DNA of 64,000 nucleotides from Escherichia coli. GTDB taxonomy: Bacteria; Pseudomonadota; Gammaproteobacteria; Enterobacterales; Enterobacteriaceae. Position numbers and translations under genes: made by a program. The notes below the pieces were generated by a model, which saw nothing but the letters and a program-made list of their open reading frames with translations, did not search any database and had not been told where the DNA came from. The stretch is taken from NCBI RefSeq assembly GCF_003790525.1, contig NZ_CP033635.1, one strand, 5' to 3'. Each line of letters opens with the position of its first letter. Position 1 is the first letter of the stretch. Positions 1 to 10,711 of this stretch are shown piece by piece.

Positions 1-109
1 AGCGGCGAAAGTTTACGGACATGAATATATAACGCGCAGGATTAAAGGGGTTACGCAAACCAACGTGACAACAACAGACGACTGCGACGCGTTTTTATAG
101 TTTTAGACA

Positions 110-340
110 AAAGCCCTCTACCCCTTCTACCTTAAGAAAATAATTACATATATTTCATGTTGATAGATTGGGTAGATGGCAGGTAGAAGGTACTTAAAAG
201 CCCTCTACACCCTCTACCATAATTCAGGGCATTTGTGAGGGGGTGGTAGATGGCAGGTAGAGGGCCAAAAAAGCCCTCTACCCCGCTGAAATCCGCGCCA
301 TTACTGACCTGAAAGATGATTGTGTAGAGAGGTAGAGGAG
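110..340. repeat. Array of about 10 copies of a 9-bp motif CCCTCTACC / GGTAGAGGG in both orientations; candidate iteron-type origin or regulator-binding array of the upstream island
   Basis: Motif copies read at about 113, 123, 172, 182, 201, 210, 245, 256, 274 and 331. Confidence 0.5.
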
Positions 341-386
341 GTGCACCACAACACAAAACTTTTTAAACACGAGGGTAAAAATAAAA

Positions 387-644
387 ATGCACACATCAGA
401 AAAATTTAACAATCAGAAGAAATCACATAACCGCGCCATTGACCTTACAGAGCACTGGCTGAGGGTGGCGATAAAAATCATCGACCGCAACGCGGGAGAA
501 GGATACGCGAAAGCGCATCCCGAACTGATTAGCGCATTCATGACCACAGCGGCGGCAAACTTTGCCACGCTGACACAACGGGAGATTGCCGAAGCGGAAC
601 AGGTAACAACCATCAACGTTAAAACCAGTGAGGTGGAATCATGA
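387..644 (+). CDS. Hypothetical protein (island)
   Basis: 85-aa ORF; stop overlaps start of the next ORF (ATGA). Confidence 0.4.
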   Translation: MHTSEKFNNQKKSHNRAIDLTEHWLRVAIKIIDRNAGEGYAKAHPELISAFMTTAAANFATLTQREIAEAEQVTTINVKTSEVES

Positions 645-1051
645 CAGCACAGATAGCGGCTTACGGGCGGCTGGTGGCTGACCCGCAGTTAAAGACCACC
701 AGCAAGGGGACACAAATGGCGATGGCGAGTATGGCGGTCCCCCTTCCGTGCAGCCAGGCAGATGACGGAACGGCGACGATGTGGTTATCTGTGCTGGCGT
801 TTGGCAGACAGGCCGAAGCACTGGCAAAGCACCGCAAGGGTGAACTCCTGAGCGTGGCGGGTAACATGCAGGTCAGCCAGTGGACCGGACAGAACGGGGA
901 AACGCGGCAGGGCTGGCAGGTTATCGCAGACAGCGTAATCAGTGCGCGGACAGTGCGACCGGGCGGAAAAACACGCAAAACCACAGGCGCACAGGGGAAT
1001 AAGCCACCAGCGGGAGGCGATGGCCCCTACGGAGATGATATACCCTTCTGA
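641..1051 (+). CDS. SSB-like single-stranded DNA-binding protein
   Basis: OB-fold-like N-terminus, Gly/Pro-rich linker and C-terminal DDIPF tail as in bacterial SSB. Confidence 0.6.
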   Translation: MTAQIAAYGRLVADPQLKTTSKGTQMAMASMAVPLPCSQADDGTATMWLSVLAFGRQAEALAKHRKGELLSVAGNMQVSQWTGQNGETRQGWQVIADSVISARTVRPGGKTRKTTGAQGNKPPAGGDGPYGDDIPF

Positions 1052-1068
1052 ATCAGGCGGGGAGCAAC

Positions 1069-1389
1069 ATGAACAACAGCACACCGAAGAACCGGACAAT
1101 AAGCGACGCGACAGCAGAAGAACTCGAGAGCAGGGGACTGTGGCGACGGGCTGCCAGAAGGTGGCAGGATGTGATGATTACTCTTCAGGAAGACAGGCAC
1201 AGAGAACTTGCGGCAATGAGAGCAAGGGAATGTATCAGGAAGGCAAAGCGCCCGATACCTGAAAACCGTTATGATGTTCACGCAGTCAGAAGGGCCGCAG
1301 ACAGGACAATACAACAGATGGGGCTACCGTCGCTTACTGATGAAATATGGCGTGATTACCCTGATAACGTAAATGATGACGGTTATTAA
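1069..1389 (+). CDS. Small regulator, possibly PerC-family
   Basis: 106 aa with AEELESRGLWRRAARRW motif recalled from the PerC/Pch family; memory-based. Confidence 0.3.
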   Translation: MNNSTPKNRTISDATAEELESRGLWRRAARRWQDVMITLQEDRHRELAAMRARECIRKAKRPIPENRYDVHAVRRAADRTIQQMGLPSLTDEIWRDYPDNVNDDGY

Positions 1390-1468
1390 CAGGCGGGGAA
1401 ACACGACACCAGCGGGAGCGACACGGGGTAGCAGATGCCGCTGGTGGAACAGCACAAAGGGGGAGAAC

Positions 1469-2053
1469 ATGACAAAGCTGACCATTAACCGAAAACCAAA
1501 AGGCATATACGGCACACCGCAGAAAAAGACGCAGGAGGCTGAACAGCCGGATAAAACCACACCAGCGCAAAAGCAGAGCCGCGAGCAGAAAACACAACAG
1601 AAGACGGCAGCAAAACGCAAATCAGAAAAGAGCCGGAAAAAAAATATCAGACGCGTTGAACGCCTTGCCGCGCTCTGGCCTGAACTTTTCAGCCAGGAAT
1701 CGCCCAGACCGCTTAAGGTTGGCATATTTGATGACCTGATGGAGGATATTACTGCGAGAGGTATTTCATTAGGTCAGGGAGCGCTTCGCGCAACGCTGGC
1801 GTATTATGTCAGTTCAGTGCGATATTACCGTTCCCTGATGGCTGGTGGCGTGCGTTACGACCTGAAAGGCCATCCGTGCGGGGAGGTGACACAGGAGCAC
1901 CAGTTGAACGCGGGGAAGCGACTGGATGAGATGAAGAAAAAACAGCAGGAGCGCAGAAACATGAAGGCAGAAAATAAGCATAACGGTAAGCCACCAGCAG
2001 GGCATAATATTATTCTGAAAAATGCCAGTTCCTCGGGCGTACGGAAAGCATAA
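1469..2053 (+). CDS. ProQ/FinO-domain RNA-binding protein
   Basis: RPLKVGIFDDL and YYVSSVRYYRSL...GGVRYDLKGHPCGEV closely resemble the E. coli ProQ N-terminal domain; start at ATG 1469 after a GGGGGAG SD (ORF track starts at 1373). Confidence 0.7.
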   Translation: MTKLTINRKPKGIYGTPQKKTQEAEQPDKTTPAQKQSREQKTQQKTAAKRKSEKSRKKNIRRVERLAALWPELFSQESPRPLKVGIFDDLMEDITARGISLGQGALRATLAYYVSSVRYYRSLMAGGVRYDLKGHPCGEVTQEHQLNAGKRLDEMKKKQQERRNMKAENKHNGKPPAGHNIILKNASSSGVRKA

Positions 2054-2077
2054 AACCCTGACCACATGAAGAGACGA

Positions 2078-2105
2078 AGCCGGAGTAGTCCGGCTTTATT
2101 TTTTA
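2078..2105 (+). terminator. Intrinsic terminator after the ProQ/FinO-like gene
   Basis: agccggagtagtccggct hairpin followed by a T-run. Confidence 0.6.
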
Positions 2106-2110
2106 TGGGT

Positions 2111-2225
2111 CCTTTCCGGCATGTGGACCCGTTACGGGGCGGCGACCTCGCGCAAAACAACTCCTTATGAAATTTTTACGGGAAATTCAGATCCGTTCTT
2201 CTTTTTTGTAAGTCATTGTGTATAT
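2111..2225 (+). other. Lambda-type cos site (cosQ-cosN-cosB); cosN GGGCGGCGACCT at 2137-2148
   Basis: gggtcctttccgg...gttacggggcggcgacctcgcg...tatgaaatttt...ccgttcttctt matches the phage lambda cos junction as recalled. Confidence 0.65.
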
Positions 2226-2340
2226 TGAATTTTATTTGTTCTGAGAAAGGATCTGATAAGGCTTCGTTTCGCCTGAAAAGGCAGTTTTAAGATCCTTTCT
2301 TAAAAAAACGGGTCATTTTCTTGCTGGAGGGGATGCTGGT

Positions 2341-2925
2341 GTGAGGGTTAACAAGAAAAAGCTGGCTGAGATTTTTGATGTTGATGTGCGGACTATATCC
2401 ACCTGGCAAAATCAGGGGCTGCCGCTGATATCAGGCGGCGGGAAAGGGAATGAAGCGATTTTTGATACGGGAAAAGCGATTGAGTGGTTCGCTCAGCGTG
2501 AGGCCGACATTGAAAATGAAAAACTTCGTAAGGAAGTCGACGATATGCGCGTGGCTGCTGAGTCGGATCTGCAGCCCGGTACGATTGATTACGAACGCTA
2601 CCGTCTCACAAAAGCACAGGCAGATGCGCAGGAACTTAAAAACGAGCGCGATCGCGGTGACGTGATTGATACAGAGTTTTGCATGTACGCGCTTTCAAAA
2701 CTGGCGAGACAGATTTCATCAATCATGGACAGCCTCCCGCTTACTATGCAAAGGAGCTTCCCACAGATGACCCCCGCCATGCTGGATGGCCTGAAAAAAG
2801 AAGTTGTCAGAGCCTGTAACGCATGCACAAAACTTGATGAAAACATCCCGCGAATGCTGTCCGATTATCTGATGGAAACTACCGGAAATGTGCCTGATAA
2901 GTTTCAGCCGGATAAAGACAAGTAA
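2341..2925 (+). CDS. Nu1-like small terminase subunit homolog; no large subunit follows
   Basis: MRVNKKKLAEIF...GGGKGNE...ENEKLRKEV...LQPGTIDYERYRLTKAQADAQELKN tracks lambda Nu1 along its length; GTG start. Confidence 0.75.
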   Translation: MRVNKKKLAEIFDVDVRTISTWQNQGLPLISGGGKGNEAIFDTGKAIEWFAQREADIENEKLRKEVDDMRVAAESDLQPGTIDYERYRLTKAQADAQELKNERDRGDVIDTEFCMYALSKLARQISSIMDSLPLTMQRSFPQMTPAMLDGLKKEVVRACNACTKLDENIPRMLSDYLMETTGNVPDKFQPDKDK

Positions 2926-3086
2926 CGTAGTGCACAATGACCGAAGCCAGTTTACTGACTGGCTTTCAGCGTTGCGCTGGTGGGCGTTATGCGTCAGTGA
3001 TGAACAAAAAACAATCGAAATCGACACCGAAAAATAAAACATCAAGTCATATCAATATATTGCATTGGTGGTGATAACGAATAAAA

Positions 3087-3467
3087 ATGCAAAAACTAGC
3101 CTTTTTCCGCGATGCTCCCGCCCCGTGGCAGGGCACCCCACAAGGAGGACCCGCCATCACTATGGAGGACATGACCATGACCATGACCGAGACCGAAGCG
3201 ATCGGGATAATCCGCAGTATTACCGGAATCAGCCAGCAGGCTGGCGAACAGGAGGCCACGCAGCCGGACAGCGTGATAGCCGAAAATTACGCGTGTGTTG
3301 TTGCTGAGGTGATGCGCCGTGATGGTATTGAGCTTAACGGCGTGGATATGCGCAACATACGAACCAGAGTCCTTGAGTTGCTGGCATACCGTCGCCGTTC
3401 TCAACAACGGAGGGAGAGCGCGAAAAACACTTATCAGTGGAAGAAGCCGGAACGGTTGCGGCGGTAG
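3087..3467 (+). CDS. Hypothetical protein; start uncertain (possibly near 3162)
   Basis: ORF track; several in-frame ATGs with SD-like sequences. Confidence 0.3.
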   Translation: MQKLAFFRDAPAPWQGTPQGGPAITMEDMTMTMTETEAIGIIRSITGISQQAGEQEATQPDSVIAENYACVVAEVMRRDGIELNGVDMRNIRTRVLELLAYRRRSQQRRESAKNTYQWKKPERLRR

Positions 3468-4488
3468 ATTCCTGATATTCAGGAAAACCACGAATCCGGG
3501 GGTTTTACTGGCGCGGTGTACACGGTGGAACGCATAGCGTTACCTGACTTATTGCATTGTAAAAAGTTAGAAAGGCACGGCCTGTAAGATGGGATGTTGT
3601 GAGTAGTTTAAAGCTACCCGCAAATTCTTTCGTTGTGCTGGCACAGGCGGTTAAACCGTCGGTAACTGGATAATCCCCACTGGGGGAAAAGCTGGCTACA
3701 TCCCTCACATCTGAGGACTGATAATGCGACATTGCGCTGGCTGGTGGGTGAGTTGCAGATTTGCAACTCGACCATGAAACTACGGAAACTACCCGTAGTT
3801 TGGGTAGTAAGAGTAACACCCAGATTTTGGGGCTTACTCGCGATACCCAAATAAAGGGTATCGGTGGAAGAAATATCGTTTCTCATATGTAAGTACCGAG
3901 GGCGGAATTCCGCCTTCGGTTACTTATTGTGCTCATTCACAGGGAGGGGCGGGTCAAATCTCTGTACCCTGACGTCTTCAGGACTGCCCGCCCCATCGAT
4001 TTTTTATACCCGCGAAAAATGAAAAACGCTTCACGCTGGTGGGCCTGATGCCGATATGGGGAGCCGCATACCGGAGAATATCCACCAGCACGGCAACAGC
4101 AGAATAGCCCCGACACAGAAAAACCACGAATATGGGGTTTTTGTTATGGCATGGTCATGATGACCGCCCCTGCTCTGAATGGTGGAAATCACCACGCAGA
4201 TCATCCACCAGCTTCATGACGGATAGCCGGAAAATGATAATGATTAAAGCGTGTTGATCTTTGTTCGCGGTTGTTCGATATTGTTCGTGAAGCGGTGTAG
4301 TTAATGGTGTAGTTAATATCACTGTTTTTGACGGGCTTGTTATTTGCAACATAATGAAAAATAAAGACTAATTAACTAAATGATATAAGATAGTTATCTA
4401 TCATGTGGAGTAGATTGGTCAGGCAAATAAGCTCTTGTCAGCGGCAGGGCGTTCTGCCGATAACCGTAACCGAAGATGATAACTGACA

Positions 4489-4809
4489 ATGGGTAAAACG
4501 AACGACTGGCTGGACTTTGATCAACTGGCGGAAGAAAAAGTTCGCGACGCGCTAAAACCGCCATCTATGTATAAAGTGATATTAGTCAATGATGATTACA
4601 CTCCGATGGAGTTTGTTATTGACGTGTTACAAAAATTCTTTTCTTATGATGTAGAACGTGCAACGCAATTGATGCTCGCTGTTCACTACCAGGGGAAGGC
4701 CATTTGCGGAGTCTTTACCGCCGAGGTTGCAGAAACCAAAGTGGCGATGGTGAACAAGTACGCGAGGGAGAATGAGCATCCATTGCTGTGTACGCTAGAA
4801 AAAGCCTGA
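4489..4809 (+). CDS. clpS: ATP-dependent Clp protease adaptor ClpS
   Basis: 106-aa translation matches ClpS. Confidence 0.95.
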
Positions 4810-4839
4810 ATGCAGGCATAAAAATTGGGGGAGGTGCCT

Positions 4840-7116
4840 ATGCTCAATCAAGAACTGGAACTCAGTTTAAATATGGCTTTCGCCAGAGCGCGCGAGCACC
4901 GTCATGAGTTTATGACCGTCGAGCACTTGTTACTGGCGCTGCTCAGTAACCCATCTGCCCGGGAGGCGCTGGAAGCGTGTTCTGTGGATTTGGTTGCGCT
5001 CCGTCAGGAACTGGAAGCCTTTATTGAACAAACCACACCCGTTCTGCCTGCCAGTGAAGAGGAGCGCGACACACAGCCGACGCTGAGTTTTCAGCGTGTA
5101 CTGCAACGTGCGGTCTTCCATGTCCAGTCCTCCGGTCGCAATGAGGTTACCGGTGCAAACGTTCTGGTCGCTATTTTTAGCGAACAGGAGTCGCAGGCGG
5201 CATATCTGTTGCGTAAACATGAAGTCAGCCGTCTCGATGTGGTGAACTTTATCTCTCATGGCACGCGTAAAGACGAGCCGACACAGTCTTCTGATCCTGG
5301 CAGCCAGCCAAACAGCGAAGAACAAGCTGGTGGGGAGGAACGTATGGAGAATTTCACGACGAACCTGAATCAGCTTGCGCGAGTGGGCGGAATCGACCCA
5401 CTGATTGGTCGTGAGAAGGAGCTGGAGCGTGCTATTCAGGTTCTCTGCCGTCGCCGTAAAAACAACCCGCTGCTGGTGGGGGAATCTGGTGTCGGTAAAA
5501 CCGCGATTGCGGAAGGTCTTGCCTGGCGAATTGTTCAGGGCGATGTGCCGGAAGTGATGGCTGACTGTACGATTTACTCTCTCGATATCGGTTCTCTGTT
5601 AGCGGGCACTAAATATCGCGGCGACTTTGAAAAACGTTTTAAAGCGTTGCTCAAGCAGCTGGAGCAGGACACTAACAGCATCCTGTTTATTGATGAGATC
5701 CACACCATTATCGGTGCGGGTGCAGCGTCTGGTGGTCAGGTCGATGCGGCTAACCTGATCAAACCGTTGCTCTCCAGCGGTAAAATTCGCGTAATTGGTT
5801 CGACAACCTATCAGGAGTTCAGCAACATTTTCGAGAAAGACCGTGCTCTGGCGCGTCGCTTCCAGAAAATTGATATTACTGAACCGTCGATCGAAGAAAC
5901 TGTTCAAATCATCAATGGCCTGAAACCGAAGTACGAAGCGCACCATGACGTGCGTTATACCGCAAAAGCGGTGCGTGCAGCGGTAGAGCTGGCGGTGAAA
6001 TACATTAACGATCGTCATCTGCCGGATAAAGCCATTGACGTTATCGACGAAGCGGGCGCTCGCGCACGCCTGATGCCGGTAAGCAAACGCAAGAAAACCG
6101 TTAATGTGGCGGATATTGAGTCTGTGGTGGCCCGTATTGCGCGCATTCCAGAGAAGAGTGTTTCGCAGAGTGACCGCGATACCCTGAAAAACCTCGGCGA
6201 TCGCCTGAAAATGCTGGTCTTCGGTCAGGATAAAGCCATTGAGGCGCTGACTGAAGCCATTAAGATGGCGCGTGCAGGTTTAGGTCACGAACATAAACCG
6301 GTCGGTTCGTTCCTGTTTGCCGGTCCTACCGGGGTCGGGAAAACAGAGGTGACGGTACAGCTTTCGAAAGCTTTGGGCATTGAGCTTCTGCGCTTTGATA
6401 TGTCCGAGTATATGGAACGCCATACCGTCAGCCGTCTGATTGGTGCGCCTCCGGGATACGTTGGTTTTGATCAGGGGGGGCTGCTGACCGATGCGGTCAT
6501 CAAGCATCCGCACGCGGTACTGCTGCTGGACGAAATCGAGAAAGCGCATCCGGACGTGTTCAATATTCTGTTGCAGGTGATGGACAACGGTACGCTGACC
6601 GATAACAACGGACGCAAAGCGGACTTCCGTAACGTGGTATTGGTGATGACCACCAACGCTGGGGTACGAGAAACTGAGCGTAAATCGATTGGTCTTATCC
6701 ATCAGGACAACAGCACCGATGCGATGGAAGAGATCAAGAAGATCTTTACGCCGGAGTTTCGTAACCGTCTCGACAACATTATCTGGTTCGATCATCTCTC
6801 CACCGACGTGATCCATCAGGTAGTGGATAAATTCATCGTCGAGTTGCAGGTTCAGCTGGATCAGAAAGGTGTTTCTCTGGAAGTGAGCCAGGAAGCGCGT
6901 AACTGGCTGGCCGAGAAAGGTTACGACCGGGCAATGGGCGCACGTCCGATGGCGCGTGTCATCCAGGACAACCTGAAAAAACCGCTCGCCAACGAACTGT
7001 TGTTTGGTTCGCTGGTGGACGGCGGTCAGGTGACGGTTGCGCTGGATAAAGAGAAAAATGAGCTGACTTACGGATTCCAGAGTGCACAAAAGCACAAGGC
7101 GGAAGCAGCGCATTAA
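4840..7116 (+). CDS. clpA: ATP-dependent Clp protease ATP-binding subunit ClpA
   Basis: Two AAA+ modules with Walker A GESGVGKT and GPTGVGKT; start [10 protein letters not shown] inside the track ORF. Confidence 0.95.
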   Translation: MLNQELELSLNMAFARAREHRHEFMTVEHLLLALLSNPSAREALEACSVDLVALRQELEAFIEQTTPVLPASEEERDTQPTLSFQRVLQRAVFHVQSSGRNEVTGANVLVAIFSEQESQAAYLLRKHEVSRLDVVNFISHGTRKDEPTQSSDPGSQPNSEEQAGGEERMENFTTNLNQLARVGGIDPLIGREKELERAIQVLCRRRKNNPLLVGESGVGKTAIAEGLAWRIVQGDVPEVMADCTIYSLDIGSLLAGTKYRGDFEKRFKALLKQLEQDTNSILFIDEIHTIIGAGAASGGQVDAANLIKPLLSSGKIRVIGSTTYQEFSNIFEKDRALARRFQKIDITEPSIEETVQIINGLKPKYEAHHDVRYTAKAVRAAVELAVKYINDRHLPDKAIDVIDEAGARARLMPVSKRKKTVNVADIESVVARIARIPEKSVSQSDRDTLKNLGDRLKMLVFGQDKAIEALTEAIKMARAGLGHEHKPVGSFLFAGPTGVGKTEVTVQLSKALGIELLRFDMSEYMERHTVSRLIGAPPGYVGFDQGGLLTDAVIKHPHAVLLLDEIEKAHPDVFNILLQVMDNGTLTDNNGRKADFRNVVLVMTTNAGVRETERKSIGLIHQDNSTDAMEEIKKIFTPEFRNRLDNIIWFDHLSTDVIHQVVDKFIVELQVQLDQKGVSLEVSQEARNWLAEKGYDRAMGARPMARVIQDNLKKPLANELLFGSLVDGGQVTVALDKEKNELTYGFQSAQKHKAEAAH

Positions 7117-7140
7117 TCTGATTGTCTGGTAGGTTGGTGA

Positions 7141-7179
7141 AGTCCGTAATCTCGAAAGAGGTTACGGACTTTTTGTTTG
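7141..7179 (+). terminator. clpA intrinsic terminator
   Basis: agtccgtaatctcgaaagaggttacggact hairpin plus T-run. Confidence 0.7.
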
Positions 7180-7399
7180 TAGGGTGGAGGAGGTTCAGAC
7201 CCTTTTTTTGATGATGATGGTAAGTTGTTGATAATTAGTGCTGCGGGAAGGTAAGGATAAAAAAGGGTGGTAGCAGGAAAATGAGATGGTTTTGCTTTAT
7301 TAATAACGGACTAAACGTGTAGTATTTGAGCTCACTGCCGTACAGGCAGATAAAATGCGAAAAAAAGCCCGTACTTTCGTACGAGCTCTTCTTTAAATA

Positions 7400-7487
7400 T
7401 GGCGGTGAGGGGGGGATTCGAACCCCCGATACGTTGCCGTATACACACTTTCCAGGCGTGCTCCTTCAGCCACTCGGACACCTCACC
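7400..7487 (-). tRNA. serW: tRNA-Ser (GGA anticodon)
   Basis: Reverse complement gives GGTGAGGTGTCCGAGTGGCTGAAGGAGCACGCCTGGAAAGTGTG...GGTTCGAATCCCCCCCTCACCGCCA with long variable arm. Confidence 0.9.
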
Positions 7488-7676
7488 AAATTGTTTTGCT
7501 GCCAAACCTCATGGGTGGCAACGGGGCGCTACTATAGGGAGTTGGAGTAAAACGGTCAAGAAGAATTTTAATGATAATTATTGTTTGCTCATACTGTAAA
7601 CAAGTTGTGCAGTATATCTACATCGAGACAAGTTATGGACTTATACTTCCAAAGTACTTCATACATATCACAAAAT

Positions 7677-7704
7677 AAAAAGGTCGGTTAAACCGACCTT
7701 TTAC
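7677..7704 (-). terminator. infA terminator (bidirectional hairpin)
   Basis: aaaaggtcggtttaaccgacctttt. Confidence 0.6.
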
Positions 7705-7740
7705 TCGTTCTTTCTCTTCGCCCATCAGGCGGTAAAACAA

Positions 7741-7962
<222 letters not shown>

Positions 7963-8243
7963 ATCCTCTGGGGTATCACTACCGTAATTTGAACCGGCAA
8001 GATAATGCCGAAGTTCTGTAAATAAGTAAAGATTTGCGCGCTAAATCGCAACAAACAGGTTCGGCACATTACTCCGAAAACACACGGCTAAGCCGCACCA
8101 AAAGCGCAACGTATAAGGGAGCGGTGAGATAAACGATGGGCGTTACCTGACGCGAAAAATTCCTTATCGGCAGCGGGGTAATGAGCGTAACCAACTCTGC
8201 GACCGCAATTATAACACTCTGGGGAGAAATGTGCCGAAAACAT

Positions 8244-8948
8244 TCATTCTTGTGGTGAAAACAAGCACCGTGGTACCCAGAAATTATTCGGCAATCGTCC
8301 GAGGCGCATTTGATTGAGATAATTTAGATAATCCCGGCGGGGAATTTCGCAGGCACCAAGCGAAGCTGTGTGATCGTTAAGGACCTGGCAGTCGATAAGC
8401 TTACCGCCATGACCAATAAATTCCTCACAGAATACCAGAAGCGCCGTTTTAGACGCATTTTCCATCCGGCTGAACATGGACTCGCCACAAAATAGCGTTC
8501 CCTGGGCCACGCCGTACATACCGCCGACAAGCTCATCTTCACGCCAGACTTCAATAGAGTGGGCATGACCGAGTTCGTGAAGGCGATGGTAGGCTTCGAC
8601 CACGCCACGCGTGATCCAGGTTCCTTCTTCGCGATCGCTGGCACAGCCTTCAATGACCTGACCAAAAGCGTAATTCATCGTGACTCGATAGGGCGAGCGT
8701 TTATGAAATCGCTTCATACTACGGCTGATATGCAGTGATTCTGGCCATAGCACCGCGCGGGGATCGGGCGACCACCAGAGGATGGGGTCGCCTGGAGAAA
8801 ACCACGGAAAAATACCACGCTGGTAAGCCATTAACAGGCGCGCAGGGCTAAGATCGCCCCCCAGTGCCAGCAGGCCGTTAGGCTCACGTAATGCGCCTTC
8901 CGGGGAAGGGAAGGCTATTGAATGGCGAGAAAGCTGAACCAGGCGCAT
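8244..8948 (-). CDS. aat: Leucyl/phenylalanyl-tRNA-protein transferase
   Basis: 234-aa translation; conserved position between infA and cydC. Confidence 0.9.
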
Positions 8949-8989
8949 GACCGCAAAACTCCACGCAAGTCGGATCGTTCAATAATAGC

Positions 8990-10711
8990 TTACAAACCCT
9001 GCTTAAACTGGTAATAACGCCCCTGTCGGGCAAGCAGTTCTGCGTGAGTACCTTGCTCAATAATTTGCCCGTTGTCCATCACTATTATTTGCTGGAAACG
9101 AGAGAGCCCGCGAAGTCGATGGGTGACCATTAACACCGTTTTCTCACGCATCATTTCTGCAAGTAATTCAAGGATCTGACTTTCAGTTGTGGCATCTAAG
9201 CCTTCGGTAGGTTCATCCAGCAATACCAGTGGCGCATCATGTAACAGCGCACGGGCGATAGCCAGACGGCGCAGTTCACCACCGGAGAGCTGGCGTCCGC
9301 CTTCACCCAACCAACTGTTGAGACCTGCATCCTCGAGCAGCTTCTCCAGACCAACGCGACGCAAGATCTCCGCCAGAGCCTCATCACTACTATCAGGCGA
9401 GGCGAGTAACAGATTATCACGCAGCGTGGCGCTAAACAGATGCACTCGCTGTGGCACAACGCTGATGGTCTGTCGTAGAGTCGCTTCATTCAGGCTGGCT
9501 ATGGGGCTATCGTTAAGCAAAATCTCGCCCTGTTGCGGGTCCCATGCGCGGGTCAGCAGTTGTAACAATGTTGATTTGCCGCATCCGGTTCGCCCGAGAA
9601 TCGCTATATGTTCTCCGGCGTTTACCTGAAGAGAAATCCCTTTAAGTGCCTGTTGGGATTGCTCTGGATAAGTGAACTGAACATCCCGTAATGTCAGCGA
9701 AACACGATCGGCAACACGAGTTTGGGTATCAGGGAAGGTGACTTCCGGTTTTTGATCCGTTAAGTCAGTGATCCGTACGGCAGAGGCAATGACTTGCCCC
9801 AGATGCTGAAATGCACCCGTTACTGGTGCCAGTGCTTCAAACGCGGCTAACGCGCAGAAGACAAACAGGGCAATTAACGCGCCGGGTTGAGCATTGCCGC
9901 CAACGCCGCCAGACGCCATCCACAGCATCAGGATCACCGCTAACGCGCCAATGAGCAGCATTATCGCTTGCGACAATGCGGTGAGTTCAGATTGACGACG
10001 TTGCGATTCCAGCCACTGAATTTCGGTATTCTCTAACTGCGTGCGATAACGATCGCTGGCACCAAAAATGGTCAGCTCAGCTTGCCCTTGCAGCCAGGCC
10101 GTCAGTTGTTGGCGATACTGCCCGCGAAGATGAGTCAGATTTTGCCCGGTGCTTTTTCCCGCACGATAAAACAGTGGTGGCATAAGGAAAAGCGTCAGTA
10201 ACATAATGCCGCCCAGCGTAAAGGCGAGGGTGAAATCAAGGAAACTTAACCCGATTGTCACCACCATAATCACCACAAAAGCGCCCACCAGCGGCGAGAT
10301 AACGCGCAGGTAAAGATGATCGAGCGTATCAACATCCGCCACCACGCGGTTGAGCAATTCGCCCTGACGATAGCGCGCCAGTCCGGCAGGGGAGAGGGGC
10401 AGCAATTTGCTGAAGGTATAAATGCGCAGATGCTGCAACACGCGGAAAGTCGCGTCGTGACTTACCAGGCGTTCAAAATAGCGCCCGGCAGTACGGGTGA
10501 TTGCTGCGCCACGCACGCCCGCAGCGGGTAGCATATAGTTGAAGCTGTACAGTCCGGCAACCCCCGCAACCGCTGAGGCGGAGAGGAACCAGCCCGAAAG
10601 TGTCAACAGACCGATGCTGGCGAGCAGCGTGACAATTGCCAGCACAATACCAAGACTTAACATCCATTTATGACGTTTATACAGTGCCAGATAGGGTAGC
10701 AAAGCGCGCAT
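8990..10711 (-). CDS. cydC: Cysteine/glutathione ABC exporter subunit CydC
   Basis: N-terminal 6-TM domain plus C-terminal ABC ATPase (GRTGCGKST, LSGGE). Confidence 0.9.
   Translation of the reverse strand: MRALLPYLALYKRHKWMLSLGIVLAIVTLLASIGLLTLSGWFLSASAVAGVAGLYSFNYMLPAAGVRGAAITRTAGRYFERLVSHDATFRVLQHLRIYTFSKLLPLSPAGLARYRQGELLNRVVADVDTLDHLYLRVISPLVGAFVVIMVVTIGLSFLDFTLAFTLGGIMLLTLFLMPPLFYRAGKSTGQNLTHLRGQYRQQLTAWLQGQAELTIFGASDRYRTQLENTEIQWLESQRRQSELTALSQAIMLLIGALAVILMLWMASGGVGGNAQPGALIALFVFCALAAFEALAPVTGAFQHLGQVIASAVRITDLTDQKPEVTFPDTQTRVADRVSLTLRDVQFTYPEQSQQALKGISLQVNAGEHIAILGRTGCGKSTLLQLLTRAWDPQQGEILLNDSPIASLNEATLRQTISVVPQRVHLFSATLRDNLLLASPDSSDEALAEILRRVGLEKLLEDAGLNSWLGEGGRQLSGGELRRLAIARALLHDAPLVLLDEPTEGLDATTESQILELLAEMMREKTVLMVTHRLRGLSRFQQIIVMDNGQIIEQGTHAELLARQGRYYQFKQGL

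Noticed and set aside
1-3500. Lambda cos plus Nu1 considered as part of an intact lambdoid prophage
   Set aside because: No large terminase, portal or head genes follow Nu1, and the upstream genes are not lambdoid late genes.
4155-4352. 65-aa minus-strand ORF upstream of clpS
   Set aside because: AT-rich promoter region with no SD; likely chance ORF.
6280-7113. 277-aa minus-strand ORF within clpA, and similar antisense ORFs in dmsA and the P gene
   Set aside because: Fully embedded antisense to well-supported conserved genes, with no SD or promoter context.
7326-7599. Two short plus-strand ORFs overlapping the tRNA-Ser gene
   Set aside because: They cover the tRNA and its terminator.
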